Below the pieces are notes generated by a model. The model did no database searches. It had not been told where the DNA came from and was given only the letters and a program-made list of their open reading frames with translations. A stretch of 64,000 nucleotides of DNA from Chiloscyllium plagiosum (taxonomy: Eukaryota), in NCBI RefSeq assembly GCF_004010195.1, contig NC_057718.1:83434503-83498502 (forward strand). Direction: 5' to 3'. The position numbers and the translations under genes are program-made. How positions within the stretch are numbered: position 1 is the stretch's first letter; each line of letters opens with the position of its first letter. Shown in pieces: positions 27,590-41,657 of this stretch.

Positions 27590-28250
27590 ACAACACTGTC
27601 CTTAAATATGGAGGACAAAATTGCACCACAGTACTCCAGGTATGGTCTCACCAAAGCCCATACAAATCTGCTAAGACTTCTTTATTCCGGTACTCCAACC
27701 CCTTTGCAATGAAGGCTAACATACAATTTGCATTCCCAATTGCTTGCTACACCTGTATACTAACGTATGGTTTCACCAAAGCACCGTATAATTGTGCTAA
27801 GATTTCTTTATTCCTGTATTTCAATCCCTTTGCAATGAATGGAAACAAAAAATTTGCCTTCCCATTTGCTTGCTGCACCTGCATACTAACAGGGATACAT
27901 CCAAGATTCTTTGGACATCAATATTTAGAAATTTTACACCAATCAAAAATAGAAAAGCAGAATAGTTTCTATGACCAAGTAAATAACTGCGCATTTCCAC
28001 ACAGTTTATTCCATCTACCAACTTGTCACACAATTATATCTGTTTGCAGTATATTCCATCTAGCTTTGTATAATTTGCAAGCTTACATACATTAATCTGT
28101 CCCTTCAAAGTTATTAACGTAGACTGTAAATAGCACTGGCTCCAGCACTAACCCTTGCAGCAGTCCACTAGTTACAGTTTGTCCACTTGAAAAATACCTT
28201 GTTTATGTCTACTTTCTGCTTCCTGTTCATTAACCAATCCTCTGTTTATC
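27590..28250 (-). mobile_element. Old CR1 fragment with an internal ~125-bp tandem duplication
   Basis: 27641-27764 and 27766-27890 are diverged direct copies. Confidence 0.7.
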
Positions 28251-28593
28251 TATTTTCCTGATTCCGTTTAGGTAGGTTGATTTCGATCGGTACTCTGGGA
28301 TATTTATTACATTAAAATATTCTATATAAAAGATAAATTGTGTTGGACATGCACACAAAAGGGAAAGAGCACAACTACAATAAAACTACAGTACCTCTAA
28401 GCTCAACTGTATACGAGTCATCAAAATGTGTCTGACACATTAAAAAGGTAAAGATTTCTTTTCAACTTAATTGTTAGAAATTTTAGTAAATGCAGGTACA
28501 AGCACATGCATAATACAGTATAACCCCTTAAAGACAGATATTACACAAAGAATTGCAAGAAACAAAGTACATCTGTATACTTACTATACATAC

Positions 28594-28684
28594 CTGAGAT
28601 AACTGCCAAAATATGCAACTATGTTTGAGTGTTTACAGTCTTTCATCATAATGATCTCCTGCTGTACAATGGCAAAGTCTTCAC
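28594..28684 (-). CDS. MAP4K3: MAP4K3 exon 3 (91 nt), GEDFAIVQQEIIMMKDCKHSNIVAYFGSYL
   Basis: cctctatag|GTGAAGAC...TATCTCAG|gtatgt; phase matches both neighbours. Confidence 0.96.
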
Positions 28685-29051
28685 CTATAGAGGAAAAATT
28701 TTGCTTAAATAACAGGTAGACAAATCAATTTGGACAAATTAACATTTACTGCAGGGAGAGTCAGCAAGAAGTGAAAACATTCTAGACAGGAGATCGAAAT
28801 GTAGAATGGTTACAGCATTGAAGGTGGCTATTTCACCTGTAATGTTTGAGATGGCTCGGTGAAGGAGCAATGCATTTGGAGCCACTCTTTCGACAGCACC
28901 ATGCACATTCTATCCTCTCATAATGATCCAGATCCCTCTAGAATCTGTCTCCATCACACTCTCACGGGTGGGGGCGTGCTCCCGATCCTAACCACCTGCC
29001 ATGTGAAAATGCTTTTTCCTTGTGTCACCATCATTTTTATGTCTATTATCT

Positions 29052-31700
29052 TAGAGTTATAGAGATGTACAGCATGGAAACAGACTCTTCAGCCCAATCC
29101 GTCCATGCCGACCAGATATCCCAACCCAATCTAGTCCCACCTGCCAGCACCCAGCCCATATCCCTCCAAACCCTTTCTATTCATATACCCACCGAAGTGC
29201 CTTTTAAATGTTGCAATTGTACCAGCCTCCAACACTTCCTCTGGCAGCTCATTCCATACACGTACCACCCTCTGCGTGAAAAAGTTACCCCTTAGGTCTC
29301 TTTTACATCTTTCCCCTCTCACCCTAAACCTATGCCCTCTCGTTCTGGACTCCCTGACCCCAAAGAAAAGACTTTGCCTATTTACCCTATCTATGCCCCT
29401 CATAATTTTGTAAACCTCTACAAGGTCATCCCTCAGCCTCCGATGCTCCAGGGAAAACAGCCTCAACCTGTTCTGCCTCTCCCTATAGCTCAAATCCTCC
29501 AACCTTGGCAACATGCTTGTAAATCTTTTCTGAACCCTTTCAAGTTTCACAACATCTTTCTGATAGGAAGGAGACCAGAACTGCATGCAATATGCCAAAA
29601 GTGGCCAAACCAATGTTCTGTACAGCCGCAACATGACCTCCCAAGTCCTATACTCAATACTCTGACCAATAAAGGAAAGCATACCAAACGCCGCCTTCAC
29701 TATCCTACCTGCGACTCCACTTTCAAGGTGCTATGAACCTGCACTCCAAGGTCTATTTGTTCAGCAACACTCTCTAGGACCTTACTGTTAAGTGTATAAG
29801 TCCTGTTAAGATTTGCTTTCCCAAAACGCAGCACCTCGCATTTATCTGAATTAAATTCCATCTGCCACTTCTCGGCCCATTGGTCCATCTGAACAAGATC
29901 TGAAGTAACCTTCTTCACTGTCCACTACACCTCAAATTTTGTCTCATCTGCAAACTTACTAACTGTACTACTTATGCTCGCATCCACATCATTTTTGTAA
30001 ATGACAAAAAGTAGAGGACCCAACACCGATCCTTGTGGCACTCCACTGGTCACAGGCCTCCAGCCTGAAAAACAACCCTCCACCACCACCCTCCGTCTTC
30101 TATGTTTGAGCCACTTTTGTGCCCAGATGGCTAGTTCTCCCTGTATTCCGTGAGATCTAACATTGCTAACCAGTCTCCCATGAGGAACCTTGTCGAACCC
30201 CTTACTGAAGTCCATATAGATCACATCGACCGCTCTCCCATCATCAATCCTCTTTGTTACTCCCTCAAAAAACTCAATCAAGTCTGTGAGACATGATTTC
30301 CCATGCACAAAGCCATGTTGATTATCCCTAATCAGTCCTTGCCTTTCCAAATACATGTACATCCTGTCCCTCAGGATTCCCTCCAACAACTTGCCCAACA
30401 CCAACGTCAGACTCACTGGTCTATAGTTCCCTGGCTTCTCCTCACTACCCTTCTTAAAGAGTGGCACCATGGTAGCCAACCTCCAGTCTTCCGGCACCTC
30501 ACCTGTGACTATCGATAATACAAATATCTCAGCAAGAGGCCCAGCAATCACTTCCCTAGCTTCCCACAGAGTTCGAGGGTAAATCTGATCAGGTCCTGGA
30601 GATTTATCCACCTTTATGCATTTCAAGACATCCAGCACTCCCTTCCCTGTAATATGGACATTTTGCAAGGTGTCACCATCTATTTCGCCACTTTCTGTAT
30701 CTTCCATATCCTTTTCCACAAAATACACGTTTAGTATCTGTCCCATCTCCTGTGGCTCCACACAAAGGGCGCCTTGCTGATCTTTGAGGGGCCCTATTCT
30801 CACCCTAGTTACCCTTTTGTCCTTTATGTATTTGTTAGTGGGCGGCACAGTGGCACAGTGGTTAGCACTGCTGCCTCACAGCGCCAGAGACCCGAGTTCA
30901 GTTCCCGTCTCAGGCGACTGACTGTGTGGAGTTTGCACGTTCTCCCCGTGTCGGCGTGGGTTTCCTCCGGGTGCTCCGGTTTCCTCCGACAGTCCAAAGA
31001 TGTGCAGGCCAGGTGAATTGGCCATGCTAAATTGCCCGTAGTGTTAGGTAAGGGGTAAATGTAAGGGTATGGGTGGATTGCGCTTCCCAGCATTCCCTAT
31101 ACCTACCAGCCTTTCCTTTCACCCTGACAGGAATATACTTTCTCTGGATTCTTGTTATCTCATTTCTGAAGGCTTCCCATTTTCCAGCCGTCCCTTTACT
31201 TGCGAACATCTGCCTCCAATCAGCTTTTGAAAGTTCTTGCCTCATACCATCAAAATTGGCCTTCCTCCGATTTAGAACTTCAACTTTTAGATCTGGTCTA
31301 TCCTTTTCCATCACTATTTAAAATCTAATAGAATTGTGGTAGCTGGCCCCACTGACACCTCAGTTGCCTGCTCTGCCTTATTTCCCAAGAGTAGGTCAAA
31401 TTTTGCACCTTCTCTAGCAGTTACATCCACGTACTGAATCAGAAAATTGTCTTGTACACACTTAACAAATTCCTCTCCATCTAAACCCTTATCAGTATGC
31501 AGCCCCTGTCTATGTTTGGAAAGTTAAAATCCCCTACCATAACCACCCTATTATTCTTACAGATAGCTGAGATCTCCTTACAAGTTTGTTTCTCAATTTC
31601 CCTCTGACTATTAGGGGGTCTATAATACAATCCCAATAAGGTGATCATCCCTTTCTTATTTCTCAGTTCCACCCAAATAACTTCTCTGGATGTATTTCCA
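29052..31700 (-). mobile_element. CR1/HER1 LINE (endonuclease remnant, RT, 3' end), interrupted by a SINE
   Basis: ORF 29925-30848 with [43 protein letters not shown] 31481-31672 with GLYYRPPNS and MVGDFNFP (APE endonuclease). Confidence 0.95.
30835..31087 (+). mobile_element. HE1/V-type SINE, 3'-truncated, nested in CR1
   Basis: gggcggcacagtggcacagtggttagcactgctgcctcacagcgccagagacccgagttc head. Confidence 0.92.
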
Positions 31701-33430
31701 GGTTAAATCTTCAATCATTGGTTCTCAATCCCTCTGCCATTGGTGACAGTTTTCCCAAATCTATCCTGTCCAGACCCTTCCTGATTTTGAACACTTCCCT
31801 TCAATCACTTCTTAACCTTCACTTTTCAAAAGACAATAGTCCAAAATCTCCAATCAAACCGTCCAACTGAATCGCTCATCCCTGGAACCATTCACCAGAA
31901 TCTTTCCCACTGCACTCATGTGCAGTGGATTTTGTACACTTTAGTAGCTACTCAAAAACAAAAAACACTGACGAGCAGTTCACACATGAAACAGCAATCT
32001 GTTTGTCTCTCCACAAATGCTAGTTGATCTGGCTGCTGTGATAAATCAATTAATTTCCAACAATTACATTTTGGTTTTGGTTTCTAAATGTATTAACTTT
32101 TTTTTGCTATGTTTGTTATGTTGGTTGTCATGTTCTAATTTAAATACTGTGGTGTCCAAGAAACAAATGTTTTCCTTGTGTGTTGTGGCTTTAAGTTTAA
32201 TGGAGTGATGATAACTGAAATGGTGGGTAAGTTGATGAATGCTAATTCAGCTCTTATGAGAGTCCAAAATACCTTATAGATTAATACATATACTGAAAGC
32301 ATCTTTACTATATCACTGTATCACCCAAAAAATGAGTCAACAAAAATGAAAAAAAAGCCCCTGAAAATCAAAATGCAGACTTCAAGAAAAACTCAAAAGA
32401 CCCCTTAGAAAAAAATATTTTGATGCTTGAACAGAGCATCCTGAAAGTACTTATTCGTTCTCAATTCCTTCAGAACAGAAATTAAGACCGACAGTCTAAG
32501 ACACACATTTCAGCATTCTTCATAATGCTAAACATGGATTAGTTTCCATTTGACAGCATCTGTGCACATATCAATCAAGGACAAAAAAAATGAAATGACA
32601 AGTCTTCAATTTTTTTACCCATTTTGAAAGCAACATTATTTATTAGGCTGACTGTCCTTATACTGTATTTCCTCATCTCATTCACCCTTCATTTCCCTGT
32701 GTCATATTTGGAATTCTAGTATCCCAGGAAACATTTTATATACGCCACATTACTAATTTCATTTTATTTTCCTTCTCAAATATTATACACTGCTTAAATG
32801 GAATGAAAAGGCTTCATTTCTAATTGCTGCTTTCACACAATAGAACTGTGAAACATTGCTGGCAATTATATTTTCATCTGCATAGCCATGGGAAGGGAAA
32901 AGAGACTTAAGTCTGATTGTGTTTGAGATACTCAGTTGCTATGTCTTCGTTTCACTTCTTGAAAGTATTCAGGCACAGGCCGACTGATCCAAATGTTTAT
33001 CATGCCTCAGGGATAAGTAGTTGATCACTCAACATTCCAAACAATTTTCTGTTCAGTAGATGGTTTACATCATTGCACAATGCAATGCTGTTGCCACTTT
33101 GCTTTTGGTCCATTAAAGCAGTCTCTGCAAACATCTCTAACTCTTTCAGCTTGTCTGGTTTATACATTGAAACAATCATAGTCAATCTCACATAGCATTT
33201 TGCAATGTCATGGAACATTTGGCTAACCCCCTCAAAAGAACAGTACTAAGAATAGACCTTTCCAACCTGCCAAGACAATTAAACCAAGCAGGCAAATTCT
33301 TCATGAAATAGTAGTTCAATTAAGAGCTGACTAAAGAAAACATGAAATAGAAGCAAAAGTAGACCCACGAGGTTGTTCCACCATTCAACATCATGACTAT
33401 TTCATTTGTGCTTCGATTTCCACATTCCCA

Positions 33431-33880
33431 TTAGTGGGCGGCACGGTGGCACAGTGGTTAGCACGGCTGCCTCACAGTGCCAGAGACCCGGGTTCAATTC
33501 CCGCCTCAGGCGACTGACTGTGTGGAGTTTGCACGTTCTCCCCGAGTCTGCGTGGGTTTCCTCCGGGTGCTCCGGTTTCTTCCCACAGTCCAAAGATGTG
33601 CAGGTTCAGAGAGTCGACACAAATAAGGATGAGCGGAAGCTTCCTGAGCTCAATGGGTGGGTCAGGAGTCGTGACACGAGAGAGATTTACCGCACCCCTA
33701 TTGTGCGAAACCAGTAATGGGGAAACAGGTCAGGTGAATTGGCCATGCTAAATTGCCCATAGTGTTAGGTAAAGGGGTAAATGTAGGGGAATGGGTGGGT
33801 TACGCTTCGGCGGGTCGGTGTGGACTTGTTGGGCCGAAGGGCCTGTTTCCACACTGTAAGTAATCTAATCTAATCTAATC
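33431..33880 (+). mobile_element. Full-length HE1/V-type SINE with (TAATC)n tail, carrying a 120-bp insertion
   Basis: Intact A and B boxes, V-domain, tail gtaagtaatctaatctaatctaatc; insertion at 33606-33725. Confidence 0.93.
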
Positions 33881-36338
33881 ATTTACCTCCAAATAACCCT
33901 AAAATCCCCTGACCAATTATATTCTATCCACTTAAATCTTATAAATATTCAATGACTCACCTCCACCACCATCTGAGGCTAAGAGTTCAAGAATCCCATA
34001 ACCCTCAGAAAAAGTTCTTATCTCTATCCTGAAAGGGTAAACCCAATTTTAAAGCCATGACCCCTGGTTCTGGACTGACCTATAAAAAGGAAACATCCTT
34101 CGCACATTGCAATTGTCAAGACCATTTGAGGATCTTATTCACTTCAAGTCAGCCTTCTCTATTCAAAACGCCAATGAAACCAAATCTCAAGACAACCCAC
34201 TTTTTCCAGGTACCAATTTAGTAATTTTGATGAACAGAAGCCCCCTCAACAACCTCTCAAACTTCCCTGGATATGGGGAGGAACATTACACCCTTGTTCA
34301 AACATGCAGAAAGCAATAAAACTAAGACTCACTTTTTCCTACAAGTGCATTAACTTTCACCTGCTTTTGTCTTGCCTAATTAACTAGCAACTTCCGACAT
34401 GCTTTCTGATTCAACCTATGCTTACTCCAGCATTATCACATGCTAATTTGTTGCAGTGCATCATTCTTAGAATTTAGAAAACAGACATGGTTCCAACCCC
34501 CAAACTATTGGGCACGGTACTTCCTCCCACCACAATACAACGTCAATCAGCACCCATTACTTTCTATTTTCTAAACTAGAAGTTTCTTCCATGCACCCAG
34601 AATGTATCCACAGTGCCACAGCTCTCATCTTAACTAATTGTCTGAATGAAAGTTAAGGGTTGAGGAGATACTGAAAAAATGAGAGCTGGGTGCCACCACA
34701 CACATATAGGAGTTATCCCTTATCCAACCTCTACATTTTTAGGTGGCTCAGTTAGGAGTCTTTCAACTTAAAAGTTCTGTCACTTTAGCGTTGAACCAGT
34801 TACAAGACAGTGTACAGTTTCACAGAAATACCACCGGATGACAGGAAAGTAATCATTCCTTGGAATACAAATTCAATGGAAAGGGCTCTGGTGGAACAGT
34901 GGGAGAGTTCCACTTATGGAGCAGAAGACCTGGGTTCAGGTTCCATTTTATTCTGAAGTGAATAATAACATCCGAGGAAGGTGATTAGCAAGTATCTATT
35001 TACAACAACAGAATAACAACAAAATGCAAGTGGCTAGTCCTGATAAGATAAGGATTGGCAACAAAGTGATGGCCAAAAGAAAAACTGACAAAGCATTAAA
35101 AGAGGTGAAGGAACACTCCACCCTGGGATAACAGAAGCAGCAACACAATCAGTGCACTCTAACCTAGGAAAGGCACATCGAGTAAAATCCTTGGTTCGGA
35201 ATACAGTGCGACAAAAGCACCATCCAGGAAGAAGCCAACCCAACTGCAACAATCTGGTGAAAAAGTATGACAATCATTTCATCTTAAAATAATTCAAGAG
35301 TTCATAGGAACACACCCCAGAATCAGGTCTTGCAGAGATGTTTAGATTGTTATATTGCATAATTTAAATGGTTTTAAAAGTTGCCTCAATATGCATAGTG
35401 CGAAAGTCATTAAATGATCTGTTTTGACCTTGGGACATATGCAGCTGAAGGCAAAGCAAACTGCTGATTTCAGGGACACACAATATCTGGGCAGGAGGAA
35501 ACAACTGCCATTTATCTGCCCTGGACATCCTGCTGCAGGAAGAGAACCATCACTATCTCTGAATTTGAGGTGCCAACTAGAAAACATTCCTATCTGGTTC
35601 ATCAACATGTACATTCTGACCCTAAAAGACAAGCTGCTAACAGTTTTCCCACAGCTATCATTGCTGGAATGGACCTAGCCAATCATTCAACTATGTCACT
35701 GATGCAGCTCGGTGCCCTGGCAGCACAAACAGCAATCTAAAAACTACATCCAGATTCCTGATGGAATCATTAAAACACATCAAGCTACACAGCATCTTCA
35801 GCAGATCTACAGATGGTGAACATGACTAGTCAAGGTCAAACAGGTCCATCCATTCGAGGATAGATTTCCTATTTCTGTCCTGGACAGAGTGGCCAACACC
35901 AAGCCAGAGACCAGTGCCTCCTACTGACCAAGTGTCACTTACAGGAGAACACAAGAATAGCAGGGAACACAGAAGCTTAGATATTAAAATGCTAATCTCA
36001 AAATGAGAAACTCAAGGGACTACAAAATGTTAGAGAATCATGTCCACACCATAATAGTTAAAAGTTAATTAAGGTGAATATCAACAGGGTCTACATCCTT
36101 AAAAACAAAGTGTTTACAAGACATGAGGGAGACAAGTATAAAAACTATCCAGATTCCAGAAAAGCATTCTGAATTTGTTTGTGCTACAGTTAATTGGGTC
36201 AAAATTAAACACAGTCTGTAAGGGGTGAAGAACTAGAAAGTCAGTCTTTTTTTTGCCTTGGAAGCGAAAGTTCCAAGGTTAGCTTCCAGTCCAATGCTCA
36301 GTTTCTTCTTTCAAAAGGTACACAGTCTGGTCTGTGAT

Positions 36339-36782
36339 CATGATTTGGAGATGCCGGTGTTGGACTGGGGTGTACAAAATTAAAAATCACAACACCAGGT
36401 TATAGTCCAACAGGATGGAGGATGGGAAAAATTTCTGGCTGTAAGAGCTGCTCCTTTTTTTGACGTATTTTAGGTGCTGGAGGTGATTTCCTCAAATTCC
36501 AGTAGCAGCAATTACTGTTTTATATGCTGTTGCATTGTTTTGGAACTTTGGAGGCATTTGGATGGGTATATGAATAGGAAGGGTTGGAGGGATATGAGTC
36601 AGGTGCTGGCAGGTGGGACTAGATTGGGTTGGGATATCTGGTCGGCATGGACAAGTTGGACCGAAGGGTCTGTTTCCATGCTGTACATCTCTACGACTCT
36701 GATGAAGGAGCAGCGCTCCGAAAGCTAGTACTTCCAATTAAGCCTGTTGGAATATAACCTGGTGTTGTGTGATTTTTAACTT
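36339..36782. mobile_element. Penelope-like terminal-repeat pieces in inverted orientation, with a CR1 3' end (36550-36700) between them
   Basis: 36339-36413 is the reverse complement of the family seen at 13610-13683 and 36745-36782. Confidence 0.65.
36699..36728 (+). ncRNA. Minimal hammerhead ribozyme core
   Basis: CUGAUGA-A-GGAGC(AGC)GCUCC-GAAA-GCUA with perfect stem II; the 5' stem I strand is replaced by the CR1 tail. Confidence 0.6.
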
Positions 36783-37664
36783 GGTCTGTGATCAGCAGCC
36801 TGGAGGAAGTCGATGCTTGTCCTTTAGAGTCAGCAGTTTCATTCTAATGAACCAGACAGGAGCGCTTTCTTACTTTGCATCTGCTAACCACCACCTCAAA
36901 ATCAGAGATGGTGATGTTGCCTTCCTGCAACAGAATGTTCAGGGCAGATAAATGGCAATTGTTTCCTCCTGGCCAGATATTCTAAGTGTTCCTGCAGAAT
37001 CAGCAGTTTGCTTTGACTTCAGCAGGGTGCACCAAGGTCAAAACAGAGCATTTAATGGCTTTCACGCTATGCATATTGAGGCAACTTTTAAAGCCATTTA
37101 AATTATGCAATATCATAATCTAAACGTCTCTGCAAGACCTGATTCCGGGGTGTGTTCTTGCATTTACAAACTTTTGGAGTCCACAGATTCCCAGTGTTTC
37201 CTGTCCTCTATCACAGATCTCAAATTACAGTACACAACAGAATGCAGACAAACTGCTAACTCTGGGCAAGCTGACAGGGCATCAAATTCAATATGAGTAA
37301 AACAAAGTGATTGTTTGCCTGTCTGTTTGTGAGTGAAGAGAGTGCAATGGGAAGAGCACATAGTTGCTGAAAGGAAAAGATTATGCTGCTGGCCAGCAGC
37401 TTATCAGAACCATAAGAAAAGGCACCATCATCCTCATTGAGGGAAGGCGTCACAGACGGAAACAGACAGACACAGAGACAATAGTGGTTCATTAATTAAG
37501 AAAAGATAGGTCAGCATCCTATAGGATGCCACCAACTCAGAGGCACAACTCTCCAGACGCTGCCCCCACCCCACCATTACATTGGAGAAAAAGCTGTCAT
37601 GGTGAAAATTAGCCTGAAAGCTATAAAATGTTAGTTCTATTTTTAAACTAAATATTGACCATGT

Positions 37665-39030
37665 CCAGACAACCTTGAGCCTGACATCGGTGGTGGGCAA
37701 GTTGTTGGAAGGAATCCTGGGTGCAGAATTTATATATATTTGGATAAGCAAAGACTGATAATGGACAGTCAACATGGCTTTGTGTGTGGGGAATCAGGTC
37801 TCACTAACTTAATTGCGTTTTTTGAAATAGTAACAAAGAGGACTGACGAGGGCAAAGCACTGGATGTGATCTACATGGACATCAGTAAGCCATTCAACAA
37901 GGTTCCTCAGATAGACTGCTTAGCAAGGTTACATCACACTAAATACAGGGAGAATTAGCCATTTGAATACAGAACTGGCCTGATGATAGAAGACAGAGGG
38001 TGATGGTGGAGGGTTGTCTTTCAGATTGGAGGCCTGTGACCAGTCGTGTGCCACATGGATCGGTGGTGGGTTCACTGCTTTTTGTAATTTGTATAAATGA
38101 TTTGATTATGAACAAAGGAGGTATTGTTAATAAGTTTGTAGATGACACCAAAATTGGAGGTATAGTGGACAGCGAAGAAGATTACCTCTAAGTACAATGG
38201 GATCTTGATCAGATGGGCCAATGAGTGGCAGATAGAGTTTAATTTATATAAATGTGAGGTACTGCATTTGGAAAGGCAAATTAGAGCAGGACATATACAC
38301 TTAACGTTAAGGTCCTAGGGAGTCTTACTGAACAAAGAGACCTTGGAACAAACAGGTTCATACCTCCTTGAAAGTGGAGCCTCAAGTAGATAAGATAGTG
38401 AAGGCAGCATTTAGTATACTTTCATTTATTGGTCAAGAGCATGGAGTATCGGAATTGGGAGGTCATGTTGCGGCTGTACAGGACACTGGTTAGGCCACTT
38501 TTGGAATATTGAGTGCAATTCTGGTCTCCCTCCTAGAGGAAAGATATTGTGAAAATGCAAAGGGTTCAGAAAAGATTGACAAGAATGTTGCCTGGGTTGG
38601 AGGAATTGAGGTATTGGGAAAGGCTGAATAGGCTGGGGATGTTTTGCCTGGAGTATCAGAGGCTGAGGGCTGACCTTGTCAAGGTTTCTAAAATCATGAG
38701 GGGCATGGATAGGGTAAATCATTGGGGTTGGTGGAGTCCAGAACGAAATGGCATAGGTTTAAGGTGAAAGGGGAAAGATTTGAAAGGGACCTAAGGAGCA
38801 ACTTTTTCACACAAAAGGTGGTGCGTGTATGAAATGAGCTGCCAGAGGAAATGGTGGAGACCGGTACATTTCCAACATCTAAAAGGCATCTGGATGGTTT
38901 CATGAATAGAAAGAGTTTAAGAGGGATATGGGCCAAATGCTGGCAAACGAGAGTAAATTAATTTAGGATATCTGGTCAGTATGGACAAGTTGGACTGAAG
39001 GGTCTGTTTCCATGCTGTACATTTCTGACT
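37665..39030 (+). mobile_element. CR1/HER1 LINE, RT to 3' end, decayed
   Basis: ORF fragments SQHGFV, DVIYMDISK, NKFVDDTKIGG. Confidence 0.92.
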
Positions 39031-39814
39031 CTGTAATTTGCACATGCAAATACAAATTCAGACACAGAACAGTCAAGTCACACAGAACTGATACAAGTAC
39101 TGAATCACACCTGCAAATAAATGTCAAAAACATGCTTAACAAAGTTTTGTTTGTACCTTGTTATAAAGACAAGTCTGAACTAGCTTAAGTCTGTACCATT
39201 GAAGGTTGAAAGAGAAAAAGCTTAGTGCTAAGACACTAAAAGATTAAATGATCCAAGTAATCTAGAACAACTAAGGGTCTGTGACAGTACTGCAGAGATT
39301 CTCAGCATTGTTAGAATGGGCACCAGCAATGTTGAAATCAGTAAACAGTTTAGGAGGACTGTGTAAAACTGCGAACAGCTTTCCTGATTCCTGACATTTC
39401 ACTACATTATTCGTGAGAGGTCATGTTGGAAAATTACGATGGAAAGCAAGTCACTAAAATTCCTCTGAACTGCAAAGTACTGACTCACATGCAATTGATT
39501 TTTTTGTGTGTATGTTCTAAAGTAGTCTTAGGACTCCAGTGCTATCTAGGCTTCTCTCATTGTGAAGTTGTTAGACCTGCTGAATGTCTCTAGCACTTTT
39601 TTTTATTTCCGAACAGCAGTATTTTAATTTTTTTATATTTTTGTATTTGCAAGATTAGCAATGCTGACAATATCAGCTGTTATTGCCATTACCCAATTGC
39701 TCTTAAAAGCAGGCATTGATGGGCAACATTCTTGAACACCAGCAGTCCATACAGTTGACTGTCCACGCACAGTGCAGTTGCAAAGTTAGTGTGCGCAGCA
39801 GAACTTTGATCTAC

Positions 39815-40400
39815 TGCTCAGAGCATTGAGTATAGCAATGCGAGAGCACGTTAGGGCTGTACATGATATTGGTTAGGTCACTTTTGGAATATTGTGAGCA
39901 ATTCTGATCTTCCAGTTAAAGGAAGGATGTTGTGAAACTTGAAAGGATTCAGAAACAATTTATAAGGATGTTGCCTGGGTTGGAGGATTTGAGCTATACG
40001 GAGAGGCTGAACTGGCTGTGGCTATTTTCCCTGGAGCATCAGAGGTTAACAGGTGACCTTATAAAGGTTTATAAAATCATGAGGGGCATAGACAGGGTAA
40101 ATAAACAAGGTCTTTTCCTGGGGTGGGGGAGTCCAGAACTAGAGGGCATAGGTTTAGGGTGAGAGGGGAAAGATTTAAAAGAAACCTAAGGGGCAACGTC
40201 TTCATGTAGAGGATGATGAGTGTATGGAATGAGCTGCCAGAGGCAGTGGTGAAGCTGGTACAATTACAGCATTTAAAAGGCATTTGGATGGTCATATGAA
40301 CAGAAAGGGTTTAGAGGAATATGGGCCAACAGCTGGCAAATGGGACTAGATTAATTTAGGATATCTGGTTGGCATGGATGAGTTGGACCAAAGGGTGTGT
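39815..40400 (+). mobile_element. CR1/HER1 LINE 3' fragment
   Basis: KLERIQKQFIRMLPGLEDLSY and the conserved 3' UTR. Confidence 0.9.
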
Positions 40401-41194
40401 TACATCTCCATGACAGTGAAGGAACCACAAAGCTACAAGTCAGGTTAGCAAGTGACTTGGAGGGGAACTGGCAAGTAATGATATTCCTAAGACTTTACTG
40501 CACTTGTGCTTCTATGTGGTTGAGGTCATAGCTTAAGAAAGTGCATTCGAAGTAGTCTTGCTGTGTTGTTGCATCGCATTTGTAGATGGTAGACACGAGT
40601 GTGAATATGCATCAGTAGTGGACAGAATGAATGTTTAACAGTGAATGTTATGCAAATCAGATAGACAGTTTTGATCTGATTGTTATCAAGCTATTTAAGT
40701 ATCATTGAAACTGTGCTCATCCAGGCAACTGGATGGCATTCCATTGCAAACTTCACTCGAGTTTTGCAGATGAAAGGCTCTGAGGTGGTAGATCATAAGT
40801 TACTGCAGAATTTGCATCCTTTTACCTGTTTTTTGAGCCACAGTAGTTAAATGACTTGTTCAGTAGTTTCTGGTCAAGGGTCAGCCCCCAGAATATTGAT
40901 GGTGGGAAAGATCCCATGATTGCTGGGGTGAAAAATATGTACAACTCTCCTCTAGTCCTCCTACCAGTGAATTTAAATCTATGCCTGTGATTATTGACCT
41001 CTCTCGCTCCTAAAGGAAACAGGTCCTTCTTTTCACCGTCTAGACCTCTTCTAATTTTATTCACCTCAACTCCATCTACCCTGAATTCCTCTGATCAAAA
41101 CAAACAAGCCCAGCAAATCCAATTTTTCCTCTCAGCCAAAAATCTCCATTCCTGGCAATAACCTTGTGAATTACCTTTTTTTAAAATTATTGGA

Positions 41195-41517
41195 ATCCCT
41201 AGATTCGGCCCAACAAGTCCACAACAAGCCTCAGAAGAGTAACCCACCCAGACGACCTATTTGCCTCCCTTATATCTACCCCTGACTAATGCACCCTACA
41301 AGTCCCTGAACATTATAGGCAATTTAGCATGCCAACTCACCTAACCTGTATATCTTTTGGATTCTGGGAGGAAATCGGAGCATCCAGAGGAAATGCGCAC
41401 AGACACGGGGAAAATATGCAAACTCCACACAGACAGACAGTTGCCAGAGGCTGGAATCAAATCCGGGATCCTGGCGCTGAGAGGCAGCAGTGGTAACCAC
41501 TGAGCCACTGCGCCACC
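41195..41517 (-). mobile_element. HE1/V-type SINE nested in an old CR1 fragment
   Basis: Head gggtggcgcagtggctcagtggttaccactgctgcctc on the minus strand. Confidence 0.9.
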
Positions 41518-41657
41518 CTCTTCTGTGCAAATTCACCATTCTTCTTGAAACGTGTTGACCAGAACTGTCTAGTACTGTAGCTGCACCCTAATTAGGACTT
41601 CTTTTCAAAAAGGTGAATCTACTTTAAAATTTCTTTCTCATGACAAAATTGGAATTA

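Noticed and set aside
29925..30848. Longest ORF (307 aa) as a functional gene
   Set aside because: It is a CR1 RT fragment that starts inside a SINE, stops just after the FADET motif, and has frameshifted neighbours.
33431..33505. tRNA gene
   Set aside because: The A and B boxes belong to the SINE head and continue into the V-domain and LINE-derived tail; several copies occur in the window.
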